Below are positions 50,721 through 60,573 of a stretch of 62,965 nt of DNA, in pieces. The position numbers were made by a program, and so were the translations under genes. This DNA comes from an uncultured Thermotogae bacterium (lineage in GTDB: Bacteria > Bipolaricaulota > Bipolaricaulia > M55B111), in the NCBI GenBank assembly GCA_964649445.1, contig CAZYPS010000004.1, positions 1-62,965 of the forward strand. The letters run 5' to 3'. Every line of letters starts with the position of its first letter. The stretch's first letter is position 1. Under the pieces are notes generated by a model. That model ran no database searches. It worked only from the letters and a program-made list of their open reading frames with translations, and was not told the origin of the DNA.

Positions 50721-51407
50721 TTAACCGCCCAGATACCCCTTCTTTTTCAGACTTACTTCCCCATGCCGTCCCACTATCACGTGGTCTATCAGGGTAACAT
50801 CCAGATCCCTTAACGTAGACCGGACTCTCTCGGTTACGTTTATATCGGCCTCTGACGGCTCGGCTTTTCCTCCCGGGTGATTGTGAACGAGAATAACCCC
50901 ACCGCTATTGTGTTTCAGGCAGCTCTTTGCGATCTCCCTTGGCTGAATCTGGACCTCGTTAAGGGATCCGTAAAATATCGTTTCCTCGTGGATGAGCTCG
51001 TTGGCGTTGTTCAAGTGTAGTGTCCTCAGTTCTTCCCTTTCCAGGCTTTTCATTTCGGGATTTATGTGACCGAGGACATCCTCAAGGCCAAATATCTTTT
51101 CACCCGGGGCCAGTTCGTCCTGAGCGAGTCTTTTTCCCAGCTCAAATACGGCAATAATCTGTCCGGCCTTTACTTCTCCAATTCCTTCGTAGCTCTGAAG
51201 TTCCTGAAGAGTAGAATTCGAAAGTTTGTTAAAGTCCAGGTCTCGCAGAATTTCCCTGGTTATTTCCAGAACGTTTTTCCCTTCAACCCCCGACCTTATA
51301 ACCAAAGCCAGAAGTTCTGAATCACTCAAGTACTTGGGGCCGTTTTGTTCCAGTTTTTCTCTCGGCCTGTCATCTGGTGGTAACTCGTTGATTGTATACT
51401 CAGTCAT
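50721..51407 (-). CDS. radC: RadC-family JAB/MPN-domain protein
   Basis: N-terminal HhH region (DRPREKL...LSDSELLALVIRSG), GIGEVKA, and the JAMM motif HNHPGG. Confidence 0.92.
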   Translation of the reverse strand: MTEYTINELPPDDRPREKLEQNGPKYLSDSELLALVIRSGVEGKNVLEITREILRDLDFNKLSNSTLQELQSYEGIGEVKAGQIIAVFELGKRLAQDELAPGEKIFGLEDVLGHINPEMKSLEREELRTLHLNNANELIHEETIFYGSLNEVQIQPREIAKSCLKHNSGGVILVHNHPGGKAEPSEADINVTERVRSTLRDLDVTLIDHVIVGRHGEVSLKKKGYLGG

Positions 51408-51483
51408 GGAACATCTAATAGATCAAAAAGATATCGTATTCGCTATATCAAAAACCCAGAGTCGAAACTAAAATCACAAATAA

Positions 51484-51771
51484 TTAGAGGTTACGTTCTA
51501 CATCTTCGACCTTTCCTTTTATCCTCCCGGATTTTCCAGCGTGATCATCGACTTTAATATGAGTCTCGACTCGATCATAATTCTCTTTAAGCCGGTTATG
51601 ACACTTCTTAATAACCGTCATAACTTCATCCCAGTCACCCTCAATTATCGTGCCCATGGCTGTTAACTGGTGTTCGAGACTGCTCGATTCAATTATCTTC
51701 TTTACTTCGGCTATATCTTCACCCAGCCCACTTTCTTTTCCCATGGGATAAGTGACAAACTCGACGATCAT
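51484..51771 (-). CDS. MTH1187/YkoF-like (UPF0045) thiamine-binding family protein
   Basis: Roughly 95 aa with an MTH1187-like pattern (VEFVTYPMGKE...HQLTAMGTIIEGDWDEVM). The ATG at 51771 follows GGGGG; the track ORF starts at GTG 51786. Confidence 0.75.
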   Translation of the reverse strand: MIVEFVTYPMGKESGLGEDIAEVKKIIESSSLEHQLTAMGTIIEGDWDEVMTVIKKCHNRLKENYDRVETHIKVDDHAGKSGRIKGKVEDVERNL

Positions 51772-51842
51772 AATACCCCCAATCACTGGAGTTCAAAATT
51801 TAGACCAGCCAAATACCGTTTTTCGGTCTTGATTTCCCGTCT

Positions 51843-52115
51843 CTACTCTTCGTTTTCCTCCTCCCTTAATACCCTATCGGCATTTTCACTTATCCACTTA
51901 AGATCATTTAAGGCTAGGGAAAGCTTCTCGTCCACCTCAACCGGCTCCGGCATCTCTTCTGTACTTAGATCTTCGATACCATCTTCAACTGAATTTATCT
52001 TCCCAAGTGCCGAATCGGCTTCTCCTCGTTTGAAGAGTTCCAGGGACTCCTGAAGGTGTTCTATGAGCTGATTAACTTCCTCAACAAGTGCGAGGCTCTC
52101 AACTAAGTTATCCAT
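51843..52115 (-). CDS. Small acidic helical hypothetical protein, translationally coupled to the sigma factor gene
   Basis: 90 aa. The ATG at 52115 is preceded by AGGTGGA, which overlaps the sigma gene stop codon (8-nt gap). I recognise no family. Confidence 0.6.
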   Translation of the reverse strand: MDNLVESLALVEEVNQLIEHLQESLELFKRGEADSALGKINSVEDGIEDLSTEEMPEPVEVDEKLSLALNDLKWISENADRVLREEENEE

Positions 52116-52123
52116 AGTTCCAC

Positions 52124-52951
52124 CTACTCGCCTTCCTCGCCTTCTTTGTCGGAATCCGACTTTAACTGGGATTCCAGCTCGTCCAGAACCCGATACTTGA
52201 TCCGGGACACCTGGCGCTGGGAGGTCCCGATCTCCTCTCCTATTTCCTCCTGAGTCTGGTCCTCGTAAAATATTCCTTTTACGACCTGCTGCTGAACTTC
52301 GGTTAGTTTCTCTATAGCGTCAGCTATCCTTACTTTAAATTCTAGCGGAAGCTTTTCCTCGTGCTTGCTTTTAATTTTTTCGTAATCTATGTATTCCGGC
52401 CTTGGATCGGACTCCCTCCTTTCCCGATCGATAGAGACGTAGGTCATCGAATCTCTAGCTTTCAATACCTCTTTAATCCCGTCTTCTTCTATATTCAGTT
52501 CTTCGGAGAGCTGAGAAATGGTGGGATATTCTCCCGTTTCTTGATAGATCCTCTCCTGAGCTTTTTTAACTTTCTTATTTAGCCTTTTTATCCACTGAGG
52601 AATATGAACGGCGGGCTGATTATCCCTCACCTGATGCCTGATTTCTCCTTTGATGAGGTGAGTGGCGTAAGTGGAAAATTTAGTCCCCCGGTTCAAATCG
52701 AAATTCTCTACGGCATTCAATAAACCTATGTAACCAGCCTGTCGGAGATCTTCGAAATCCAAACCTGAATTAGTAAAATCCCCTGCAATGGACTTTACGA
52801 GGGGAATATTTTTCTCGATCAACCTATCTTTTAATTCATCAATCCGACTTTTTATGTCTTCTCCCGCACTTTCCTCGAACTCGCTTAACTTTTCCTTCAT
52901 CTCCTGGATTTCTTCGAGGATTTCTTCGTTGGTTCTCTCCGTATCTTTCAT
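52124..52951 (-). CDS. Sigma-70 family RNA polymerase sigma factor, group 3 (SigB/SigF/FliA-like)
   Basis: Region 2 (DLRQAGYIGLLNAVENFD...FSTYATHLIKGEIRHQVRD), region 3 and region 4 HTH (QEEIGEEIGTSQRQVSRIKYRVL). It has no region 1.1 or non-conserved region. Confidence 0.88.
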   Translation of the reverse strand: MKDTERTNEEILEEIQEMKEKLSEFEESAGEDIKSRIDELKDRLIEKNIPLVKSIAGDFTNSGLDFEDLRQAGYIGLLNAVENFDLNRGTKFSTYATHLIKGEIRHQVRDNQPAVHIPQWIKRLNKKVKKAQERIYQETGEYPTISQLSEELNIEEDGIKEVLKARDSMTYVSIDRERRESDPRPEYIDYEKIKSKHEEKLPLEFKVRIADAIEKLTEVQQQVVKGIFYEDQTQEEIGEEIGTSQRQVSRIKYRVLDELESQLKSDSDKEGEEGE

Positions 52952-53008
52952 AAGGTTTTCCGCTCCTCCGGTACTTTCTGTTGCGAAGCTTTCGTCGTTT
53001 TAAAGAGA

Positions 53009-54400
53009 CTACTTACCCACACAAAAATCCGAAAAGACACGATCCAGCACCTCTTCCGATAGATCCTCGCCCAGCAGTTTTCCGAGGCTCTTTCTCCCGT
53101 CTCGAATATCTATTTCAACCAAATCTATTGACCTGCCGGCTCCCAGAGCTTCCCGGGCGCTAATGAGGCTACTCTTCGCCTGTTTGAGTAATTCTTTCTC
53201 CTGTACGTTCAACAGGACCAGGCTCTCGTCCTTTCTAACCTTCCCACCCCAGACGAGTCCGGTAAGTGAATTTTCAAGTGTCCCTAAGCCCCGTCCTTCT
53301 TTTGCCGAAAGCCTTACCACGTCAGCCCAACTGTGACCTATTTTAGCGAGGAACTCCTGGTTGGACAAGCTATCAACCAGATCTACTTTATTCAACACTA
53401 AAATAGTCTTTTCTCTATTGAGCTCTTCCGCTATTTCAACGTCCTCGGGCTTTACCCCGCTGCTAACGTCGATCAAAAACAGTGAAACGTCCGACTTCTC
53501 TCCCTGTTCCTTGGCTCGCCGGACTCCCTGTTTTTCTATCTCACCCTCCGTTTGTCTGATCCCTGCCGTATCAACAATCCTAAAAGGTATTCCGTCAATT
53601 TCCAGTTCCTCCTCCAGCGTGTCCCTGGTGGTACCTGGGGTGGGGCTTACGATTGCCCTCTCTTCCCGCAGTAGAGTATTCAACAGAGTTGACTTTCCCA
53701 CGTTAGGTCTCCCCAGCACCGCTACCTTGTGACCCTCCTTCAGAATCTTACCATCTTTACTGTTTGCGAGGAAATCTTCTATCCTTCCTTCTATCCGAGA
53801 TAGTCTTTCTTCCAGTTCGTCCCTGGGAACAATCGATTCCTCGTAGTCGGGAAAATCTATCATGGTCTCTATTTCGGCAAGAATTTCCGTTAGATCGTCT
53901 CTTACAGAACCCAGGAAACTTGAAAATTTTCCTTCCAAGCGATCCACGGAAAGTTGGAGGGAAAACCGGGTCTTCGAATCGATGATATCCTTTACCGACT
54001 TCGCCTGATCGAGCGTAAGCCTTCCGTTCAAAAAGGCGCGTTTTGTGAATTCACCCGGCTCGGCAGGTCTTGCCCCGGCATCCAAGGTTAACTCAAGTGT
54101 CTCCCGGACGGGAACCACGCCTCCATGGCAGTTGATTTCAACTACGTCCTCTCTTGTATAAGTCCGGGGTGCCCTCATCACGGAAACCAGGACCTCGTCT
54201 ATCTCTTTTTCCTCATCAGGATCACGAATATAGCCGTAATGAAGAGTGTGACTTTCGACCTCGGTCAGGTCGATTTCATCAGGAGAGATGAATAATTCAT
54301 TCGCAATATCCTGAGCTTCCGGACCTGAGAGTCTAACAATACCGATTCCGCTTTTACCCAGCGGGGTGGAAATAGCCGCTATTGTTTCTTCTTCCTTCAT
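53009..54400 (-). CDS. mnmE: tRNA modification GTPase MnmE
   Basis: TIAAISTP..G.GIVRLSG N-terminus, G domain GRPNVGKSTLLN/DTAG/NKVD, and the C-terminal FCVGK motif. Confidence 0.95.
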   Translation of the reverse strand: MKEEETIAAISTPLGKSGIGIVRLSGPEAQDIANELFISPDEIDLTEVESHTLHYGYIRDPDEEKEIDEVLVSVMRAPRTYTREDVVEINCHGGVVPVRETLELTLDAGARPAEPGEFTKRAFLNGRLTLDQAKSVKDIIDSKTRFSLQLSVDRLEGKFSSFLGSVRDDLTEILAEIETMIDFPDYEESIVPRDELEERLSRIEGRIEDFLANSKDGKILKEGHKVAVLGRPNVGKSTLLNTLLREERAIVSPTPGTTRDTLEEELEIDGIPFRIVDTAGIRQTEGEIEKQGVRRAKEQGEKSDVSLFLIDVSSGVKPEDVEIAEELNREKTILVLNKVDLVDSLSNQEFLAKIGHSWADVVRLSAKEGRGLGTLENSLTGLVWGGKVRKDESLVLLNVQEKELLKQAKSSLISAREALGAGRSIDLVEIDIRDGRKSLGKLLGEDLSEEVLDRVFSDFCVGK

Positions 54401-54864
54401 TCCTCTTTTGGTTTAATTATAACCCGACGGTCGTCCCCCTCCCCTACACTGTAGGTTTCGACGTCTTCAACCTCGCTCAGGGCTACGTGAATCCACTTCC
54501 TCTCTACCGGAGGCATGGGATTAAGCCTTATTTTTTTGCCCTTGGAGACCGCCCTCTCTGCTGCATCCCGGGCGAACCGCTCCAGGTTTTTCCTCCGGGA
54601 GAGTTTTACACCATTAATATCCAATTGGACGTCTTTATCCAAATCGTACTGGCGCTCAAGAAGCACCTTAACCAACACGGAGAAGGACTTTGCGAGCTTT
54701 TCTTTCTCTTCGGAAAAGAAATCAGACTCCCCCTGGACGTTTACATATAGTTCATCTGGCATCTTCGTTTCCACCTGCAGGCCGGGATTTTCGCCGATCA
54801 ACTCGAAAAAACCTTCGAGGTAGGAAGCTACTTCCCGCTCGGCTTTTTTATCTTTTTCTGTCAT
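54397..54864 (-). CDS. jag: Jag/KhpB-like KH-R3H RNA-binding protein
   Basis: KH-like core and R3H domain (LNPMPPVERKWIHVAL) in the canonical yidC-jag-mnmE order, with 4-nt overlaps on both sides. Confidence 0.85.
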   Translation of the reverse strand: MTEKDKKAEREVASYLEGFFELIGENPGLQVETKMPDELYVNVQGESDFFSEEKEKLAKSFSVLVKVLLERQYDLDKDVQLDINGVKLSRRKNLERFARDAAERAVSKGKKIRLNPMPPVERKWIHVALSEVEDVETYSVGEGDDRRVIIKPKEE

Positions 54865-56453
54865 TTTTCCTGAGGTTTATCCTCACCTTCCGTTTCTTCA
54901 TTTTCCATCTCCCAGTTGATAAAAGCCTGCTGACCGATCATGAAGATCTGTGTAAGGAAGTAATAAAGCCAGAGACCGGCTGGGAAATTCCTGAGAAAAA
55001 TACCCATGAATAACGGGAATCCGAAAGACATAATCTTGTTCTGACTCCCACCCCCACCCGGTGACTGCATCATCTGCTGCTGAACGATCATCGTTCCCAC
55101 AGTAAGCACTACGAGGATGTAATAAGGATCGTGCATACTAAGATCGCTAACCCAGAGAAACCCGGGAGAAACGTGAATTGCTTCCGCACTGTACATTATA
55201 GCTCGCCAGAGGAGTATCAATATAGGAAGCTGGACAAACATGGGCAAACAACCACCCATTGGGTTTACTTCCTCTTCTTTATACAGCTCCATCATCCTCT
55301 GTTGCTGCTCTTCCCTGTCATCGTATTCGTCCTGAATTTCCTGAATCCTTGGTTGTAATTCCTGCATTTTTGCCATGGAACGGTACATATTGCGCATAAG
55401 CGGGTAAAGTAAAACCCGAATCAAGATCGTAAACAGAATTATCGCCCAGCCGTAATTACCGGTGAGATTGTATAGCTGATTGAGAAAACCGATTACCGGA
55501 ACCAGCAACTGGCTAAAGAAACCTATCTCATCTATGTCTCCGAGACCAACGTTTGACAGCAGAACTTTCCTTCGCCTTCCGCCAAAGAGGGAAAACTGAT
55601 AATTCCTCGATTCCCCTCTGGCTAGTTCCGATACCGATAGATTGACTCCCAGGTTCCCGTCAGCGACATAGGGAGAAACCTCCTTTTCGGTCTCGCTTCC
55701 TCCGTCCGCGTATGGCAAACCGGACTTGAGAAACAGAACCAGGTCATCACCTACGAACCCTACACCGCCAAAACTATTGTAGGACCCTTTGGCCAATTTA
55801 CCGTTACTGACCTCGCCGTCAAATATGAACTTGGTGGTTGGGTCCGAAAGATAATCTACGTCACCATCTCCTCCCGATTTGGTCCGGGAGCCGAGGTACA
55901 GACGATCTTCTTTTCCCAGCTCAACCGTTTCGCCTGACTCGTTGGTTATGGACAGCGAGAGCCCCAGAGTATAGTTGGAGTCATTGTGAATTGTAAAAGT
56001 CTTCTCAATCTTAAGCCCGTCCTTGTTACCAGTGAAAGTTATACTGAGTTCGTCATAATGAGTACCTCCAGGGATTTCCGCATCGTAAGCTACGTCACGG
56101 TCCGTTTCGCCCCTGATTCTTAATTCACCGGGAAATTTTATCTCGTCCAGATAGGACCTCTCCAAAGTCTCCGGATCGGTCGTCGTCCCGGGTACTATCT
56201 CGGCTTTACTTGTCCTAAATGAAGAAAAATGGATAAAAATACTCTTCAACTCCCCTCCTTTTTTGGAGAGGAGATAGTCCGCGATGGAAGTTCTTACCCT
56301 AATAGTCCCATTTTCCTGGTTTCTGGTAACCTCAATAGGCTGTTTGTATTCCGAAGCTCCCGCTCCCGTAACTCCAGACAGGACAAGAAACGTTATTAAC
56401 GATAAAAGTATGACGGATAAAATTTTCTTATTCTTTCGTGACGTAAGATACAC
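54861..56453 (-). CDS. yidC: Membrane protein insertase YidC
   Basis: N-terminal TM, a large periplasmic domain and the conserved C-terminal core (GWAIILFTILIRVLLYPL...GGCLPMFVQLPILI). The GTG at 56453 follows GAGGAGGAG; the track ORF extends to TTG 56477. Confidence 0.93.
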   Translation of the reverse strand: MYLTSRKNKKILSVILLSLITFLVLSGVTGAGASEYKQPIEVTRNQENGTIRVRTSIADYLLSKKGGELKSIFIHFSSFRTSKAEIVPGTTTDPETLERSYLDEIKFPGELRIRGETDRDVAYDAEIPGGTHYDELSITFTGNKDGLKIEKTFTIHNDSNYTLGLSLSITNESGETVELGKEDRLYLGSRTKSGGDGDVDYLSDPTTKFIFDGEVSNGKLAKGSYNSFGGVGFVGDDLVLFLKSGLPYADGGSETEKEVSPYVADGNLGVNLSVSELARGESRNYQFSLFGGRRRKVLLSNVGLGDIDEIGFFSQLLVPVIGFLNQLYNLTGNYGWAIILFTILIRVLLYPLMRNMYRSMAKMQELQPRIQEIQDEYDDREEQQQRMMELYKEEEVNPMGGCLPMFVQLPILILLWRAIMYSAEAIHVSPGFLWVSDLSMHDPYYILVVLTVGTMIVQQQMMQSPGGGGSQNKIMSFGFPLFMGIFLRNFPAGLWLYYFLTQIFMIGQQAFINWEMENEETEGEDKPQEK

Positions 56454-56922
56454 TATAGCTCCTCCTCGGGCTCTCAAGTATTAGTCATTACTTAGGAATC
56501 GAACTCTCAGAAATACCTTTTCAGGTTAAGAATTATTACCTTCAACGAAAAGAGTGCCAACATTTAAATAGAAAAAATATTGCTGTGGGAATAAAGCTTC
56601 ATCTAAATTTTGAATGGCCAAAATCGTTTAAGTCTAACCTCTATTTAATTGCTGGACAGAAAAATAATCAATCAATGTATCAACTTACGTAACTTTACCG
56701 ACTAATTTCTAAATAATGTCGAATGATTTTAACTAACGAACCGAACTATTTCAATTTATCAAGCTTTCAGCCTCCCCTGACAGAGCGTTCGAACAAGTTC
56801 CGGTCAAGCCAGACTGGTTGAATGATAGTCCATACTTCGAGTACACTAAATTGAAAGCAGGAACAGAAAACGAGGTCGGTTTTTTTGTTATCACTTGTGC
56901 TTTTTCTCCTCTGGTACACACA

Positions 56923-57525
56923 ATGTTCACTGGCGTAATAGAAGATATTGGAGATCTAGTTAAGACCGCGGGAAGCCGGTTCACCTTCTCAGTTCCGGAC
57001 AAACTTCTGGATTCAATGGAGATCGGCGACAGTATAAGTGTCAACGGGGTTTGTCTTACGGCAGTTGCTATAGAAACCAACCGGAAACGTCTATCCGCCG
57101 ACATCTCGCAGGAAACCAGAAATAAGACGAATATCGGAAACCTAAAGTCCGGCGATAGAGTGAATCTGGAACTACCACTCGGGGTAAGTGAATTTTCGGG
57201 TAGACTTGATGGGCACCTGGTTCAGGGGCATGTCGACACTCTGGGGAAGATTGGCAAGATCGAAAAAAAGCGTGATAATTACGTATACAGAATATCTACC
57301 TCTCGGGAGTTTTCACACCTCCTGGTAAACAAGGGGTCAGTCGCTGTTGACGGAATCAGCCTTACTCCTTACCAGGTCACCGGAGGCACTTTCTCCGTAA
57401 GCGTGATACCACATACTTATGAAAATACGACCTTAAAGTTCAAGCACAGTGGCTCTAAAGTAAACATTGAATTTGATATTCTGGCAAAATATATTAGAAA
57501 TAGCGTGAATAAAACCATTCCTTAG
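56923..57525 (+). CDS. ribE: Riboflavin synthase
   Basis: [12 protein letters not shown] is the canonical N-terminus, and the internal repeat [20 protein letters not shown] is present. The track ORF starts 35 codons upstream at TTG 56818, in sequence with no RibE similarity. Confidence 0.9.
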   Translation: MFTGVIEDIGDLVKTAGSRFTFSVPDKLLDSMEIGDSISVNGVCLTAVAIETNRKRLSADISQETRNKTNIGNLKSGDRVNLELPLGVSEFSGRLDGHLVQGHVDTLGKIGKIEKKRDNYVYRISTSREFSHLLVNKGSVAVDGISLTPYQVTGGTFSVSVIPHTYENTTLKFKHSGSKVNIEFDILAKYIRNSVNKTIP

Positions 57526-57548
57526 AAAGAATAGCTAGGAGGGAAAAG

Positions 57549-58769
57549 ATGAGCCTAGATCCGATAGAAGATGCTCTAACAGCAATAGAAAATGGAGAGA
57601 TTATAATCGTCGTTGACGACGAGGAACGGGAAAACGAAGGCGATTTTATTATGGCTGCGGAAAAGGCGCGGCCGGAAGACGTCAATTTCATGACCAAAGA
57701 AGGCCGCGGTTTGGTCTGTACCCCCATGGAACAGAAAAGGTTAGCCGAACTGGAACTCGATTCAATGGTGGGAGACAACACTTCCCATCACGGCACCCAA
57801 TTTACCGTTTCTGTCGACGCCAAAGATGGTATCTCGACGGGGATATCCGCTTACGATCGGGCAAGAACTATTTCCATACTTGTAGACGAGGACAAAGGAC
57901 CGGAAGAACTGGTCCGACCGGGGCACATCTTTCCCCTCCAGGCAGAAAAAGGAGGAGTACTGCATCGAGCCGGTCATACAGAAGCGGCGGTAGATCTGGC
58001 TCGAATGGCTGGGCTTTTCCCCGCAGCAGTCCTTTGCGAAATTATGGATGAAGACGGTTCAATGGCCCGGCTACCTACTCTGAAGAAGATTGCCGATGAA
58101 CACGGATTGAAGATCGTCTCCATCGAAGATCTAATAGAATACAGAAAGAAAAACGAGAATCTGGTTAACCGGACCGGTACGGCGAGACTGCCGACAAACT
58201 ACGGGGACTTCGAGATACACAGTTACGTTGATCAGGTGAACCAGGACGAACACGTGGCTCTCGTAAAAGGAGACGTAAAAGGGAAAGAGGACGTGCTGGT
58301 CAGGGTACATTCGGAATGTCTGACGGGCGACGTCTTCGGGTCCAAGCGGTGTGATTGCGGCGAACAGCTACACAGGGCTTTAACCATGATAGACGAAGCG
58401 GGAGTAGGTGTGCTGGTCTACATGAGACAGGAAGGACGGGGTATCGGACTTAGCAACAAGGTATGTGCTTACGAACTTCAGGACCAGGGGATGGATACGG
58501 TAGAAGCGAACGAGGAACTGGGTTTTTCGGCGGATCTCAGGGATTACGGATTTGGAGCCCAGATCCTTTCCGACCTGGGATTAAGCTCAATCCGGCTACT
58601 TACTAATAATCCTCGAAAAGTCGTTGGGCTTGAGGGTTACGGGCTTCACATAACCGAGACGGTGCCTATCGAGATCGAACCAAATGAACATAATCAGGAT
58701 TATCTTCAAACCAAAGTAGAAAAACTGGGTCACAATTTGTCCGAATTCGACGAAAAAACCAACTCTTAG
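57549..58769 (+). CDS. ribBA: Bifunctional 3,4-dihydroxy-2-butanone-4-phosphate synthase / GTP cyclohydrolase II
   Basis: DHBP synthase motifs ([15 protein letters not shown]) and GCH-II zinc motif ([18 protein letters not shown]). Confidence 0.95.
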   Translation: MSLDPIEDALTAIENGEIIIVVDDEERENEGDFIMAAEKARPEDVNFMTKEGRGLVCTPMEQKRLAELELDSMVGDNTSHHGTQFTVSVDAKDGISTGISAYDRARTISILVDEDKGPEELVRPGHIFPLQAEKGGVLHRAGHTEAAVDLARMAGLFPAAVLCEIMDEDGSMARLPTLKKIADEHGLKIVSIEDLIEYRKKNENLVNRTGTARLPTNYGDFEIHSYVDQVNQDEHVALVKGDVKGKEDVLVRVHSECLTGDVFGSKRCDCGEQLHRALTMIDEAGVGVLVYMRQEGRGIGLSNKVCAYELQDQGMDTVEANEELGFSADLRDYGFGAQILSDLGLSSIRLLTNNPRKVVGLEGYGLHITETVPIEIEPNEHNQDYLQTKVEKLGHNLSEFDEKTNS

Positions 58770-58787
58770 TCACAAAGGGAGGTAACA

Positions 58788-59261
58788 GTGTCTAAATTAG
58801 AAGGTGAACTAGACGCAACGGGTTTAAAAATCGGGATTGTTATTAGCAGGTTCAATAGCATGGTAACCGACAGGCTTCTCTCTGGAGCAAAAGATAAGCT
58901 TACCAGGCTGGGTGGTAACTGGGATGAGATGACAGTTGCTTACGTTCCAGGTTCTTTTGAATTACCCAGAGCGGCAAGCAAAATGGCTGAATCCGGTGAC
59001 TACGACGGAATAGTAGCACTGGGCGCAATAATCAGGGGCGAAACCCCTCACTTCGAATACGTGGCCAACGAAAGTTCAAAAGGGCTGGCTCAATTAAACC
59101 TGGAAAAAGATATTCCAGTTACCTTTGGTCTAATCACTGCGGACACCCTAGACCAGGCAATAAACAGAGCCGGTGCCAAGCAGGGAAACAAAGGAAGCGA
59201 AGCAGCCGAAGCCGTGGTCGAAATGATTAACCTGGAAACCAAAATGACTGAGGAGAGCTAA
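58788..59261 (+). CDS. ribH: 6,7-dimethyl-8-ribityllumazine synthase
   Basis: IGIVISRFN...VPGSFELP...[17 protein letters not shown] start after AGGGAGG. Confidence 0.95.
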   Translation: MSKLEGELDATGLKIGIVISRFNSMVTDRLLSGAKDKLTRLGGNWDEMTVAYVPGSFELPRAASKMAESGDYDGIVALGAIIRGETPHFEYVANESSKGLAQLNLEKDIPVTFGLITADTLDQAINRAGAKQGNKGSEAAEAVVEMINLETKMTEES

Positions 59262-60532
59262 TGAAGTATTACGCTCCAAAGGGACTCTACGACATAAAAC
59301 CTGAAGAAATGCCCTATTGGCACGCTGTAGAAGAAGAAGTAAGAACCACAATGCCTCTCTACGGTTACGAGGAAATAAGAACGCCAATGATGGAGAAAAC
59401 CGAGGTATTCGCCAGAGGGGTTGGGGAAGATACGGACGTCGTCTCCAAGGAGATGTATACATTTGAGGACAAGGGCGGGAGATCCATGACACTCCGTCCT
59501 GAGAATACGGCCTCAGTCGTTAGAGCTTACCTCGAACACAAATTTTACGGGAAGGAGGAGTTATCAAAGTGGTACTACCTGGGACCGATGTTCCGTTATG
59601 AAGCCCCTCAAAAAGGTCGGTCCCGTCAGTTCCATCAATACGGCGCCGAGGCATTAGGATCTGATGATCCCGCGCTGGATGCCGAAATGATCAATCTATC
59701 CGCGGATTTGCTGAAATCTTTAGGGCTCCAGGACGTCGGTCTTTCATTAAATAGCATCGGCTGTCCTGAGGATAGAAAAGATTACGTAGACCAGCTCCTA
59801 GAGTACTTAACTCCAAAAAAAGATCAGCTCTGTGACGACTGTCGGGGAAGACTGGATACCAACCCTCTCCGCATACTTGATTGCAAAAAAGAAACGTGCC
59901 AATCGCTGGTAGAGGACGGTCCCGAGATCACCGATTATCTGTGTTCGGAGTGCCAGAACCATTTCGAAGAAGTAAAGGGTTATCTGGGTGAACTCGACCT
60001 GGAATACGAACTGGAACCCAAACTGGTTCGGGGACTCGACTACTATACAAAAACGGTTTTCGAAGTATTTTCCAGCGATCTCGGGTCCCAGGATGCACTG
60101 GTTGGAGGCGGACGATACGACGGTCTGGTCGAGTTATTCGGCGGGGATCCGACTCCGGCCGTTGGATTTGCAGGGGGGATAGAACGGTTGGTCCTGCTAC
60201 TGGAAGAACTTGACCGAATAGAACTGGAAAGGTCCGGGCTCGACGTCTACCTCGCCACTCTTGATCAGGAAACCAAACAGGCTGGCCTGAAACTCGTTCA
60301 GGAACTCCGAGAAGCCGGGCTAAAAGCAGAGATAGATTATCTCGAAAAGAGCCTCCAGGGACAACTTGGCTACGCGGATAGATACGGAGCCGAAATAACT
60401 GCAATCCTTGGTCCCAGAGAACTATCAGAGGACGAAATAACGCTAAGAGACATGGAAACGGGTGACCAAACAACAGTCTCCCTCGAAAAATTTAAATCGG
60501 AAGTAACGGGACGCCTTACTTCCAGTAATTAG
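59261..60532 (+). CDS. hisS: Histidine--tRNA ligase
   Basis: Class II motifs (LRPENTASVVRAY, FRYEAPQKGRSRQFHQ, GGGRYDGL) and a C-terminal anticodon-binding domain. The start overlaps the ribH stop (TAATG). Confidence 0.95.
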   Translation: MKYYAPKGLYDIKPEEMPYWHAVEEEVRTTMPLYGYEEIRTPMMEKTEVFARGVGEDTDVVSKEMYTFEDKGGRSMTLRPENTASVVRAYLEHKFYGKEELSKWYYLGPMFRYEAPQKGRSRQFHQYGAEALGSDDPALDAEMINLSADLLKSLGLQDVGLSLNSIGCPEDRKDYVDQLLEYLTPKKDQLCDDCRGRLDTNPLRILDCKKETCQSLVEDGPEITDYLCSECQNHFEEVKGYLGELDLEYELEPKLVRGLDYYTKTVFEVFSSDLGSQDALVGGGRYDGLVELFGGDPTPAVGFAGGIERLVLLLEELDRIELERSGLDVYLATLDQETKQAGLKLVQELREAGLKAEIDYLEKSLQGQLGYADRYGAEITAILGPRELSEDEITLRDMETGDQTTVSLEKFKSEVTGRLTSSN

Positions 60533-60573
60533 CTCTAACGATACGGAATGATGCCTGACTGAAGGAGAAGTTA

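Noticed and set aside
56740-56922. FMN (RFN) riboswitch upstream of ribE.
   Set aside because: It is expected from the operon context. However, the conserved RFN core strings are absent on the + strand, and the fragments that look vaguely similar (GACAG, TTCCGG, AGACTGG) are in the wrong order. Not called; reported only as an unexplained leader.
56751-57104. Minus-strand 117-aa ORF, and the TTG-56818 N-terminal extension of ribE.
   Set aside because: The minus ORF is antisense to ribE. The 35-codon extension has no similarity to riboflavin synthases, which begin MFTG(I/L)(I/V)E. It also covers the T7 run and hairpin region of the leader.
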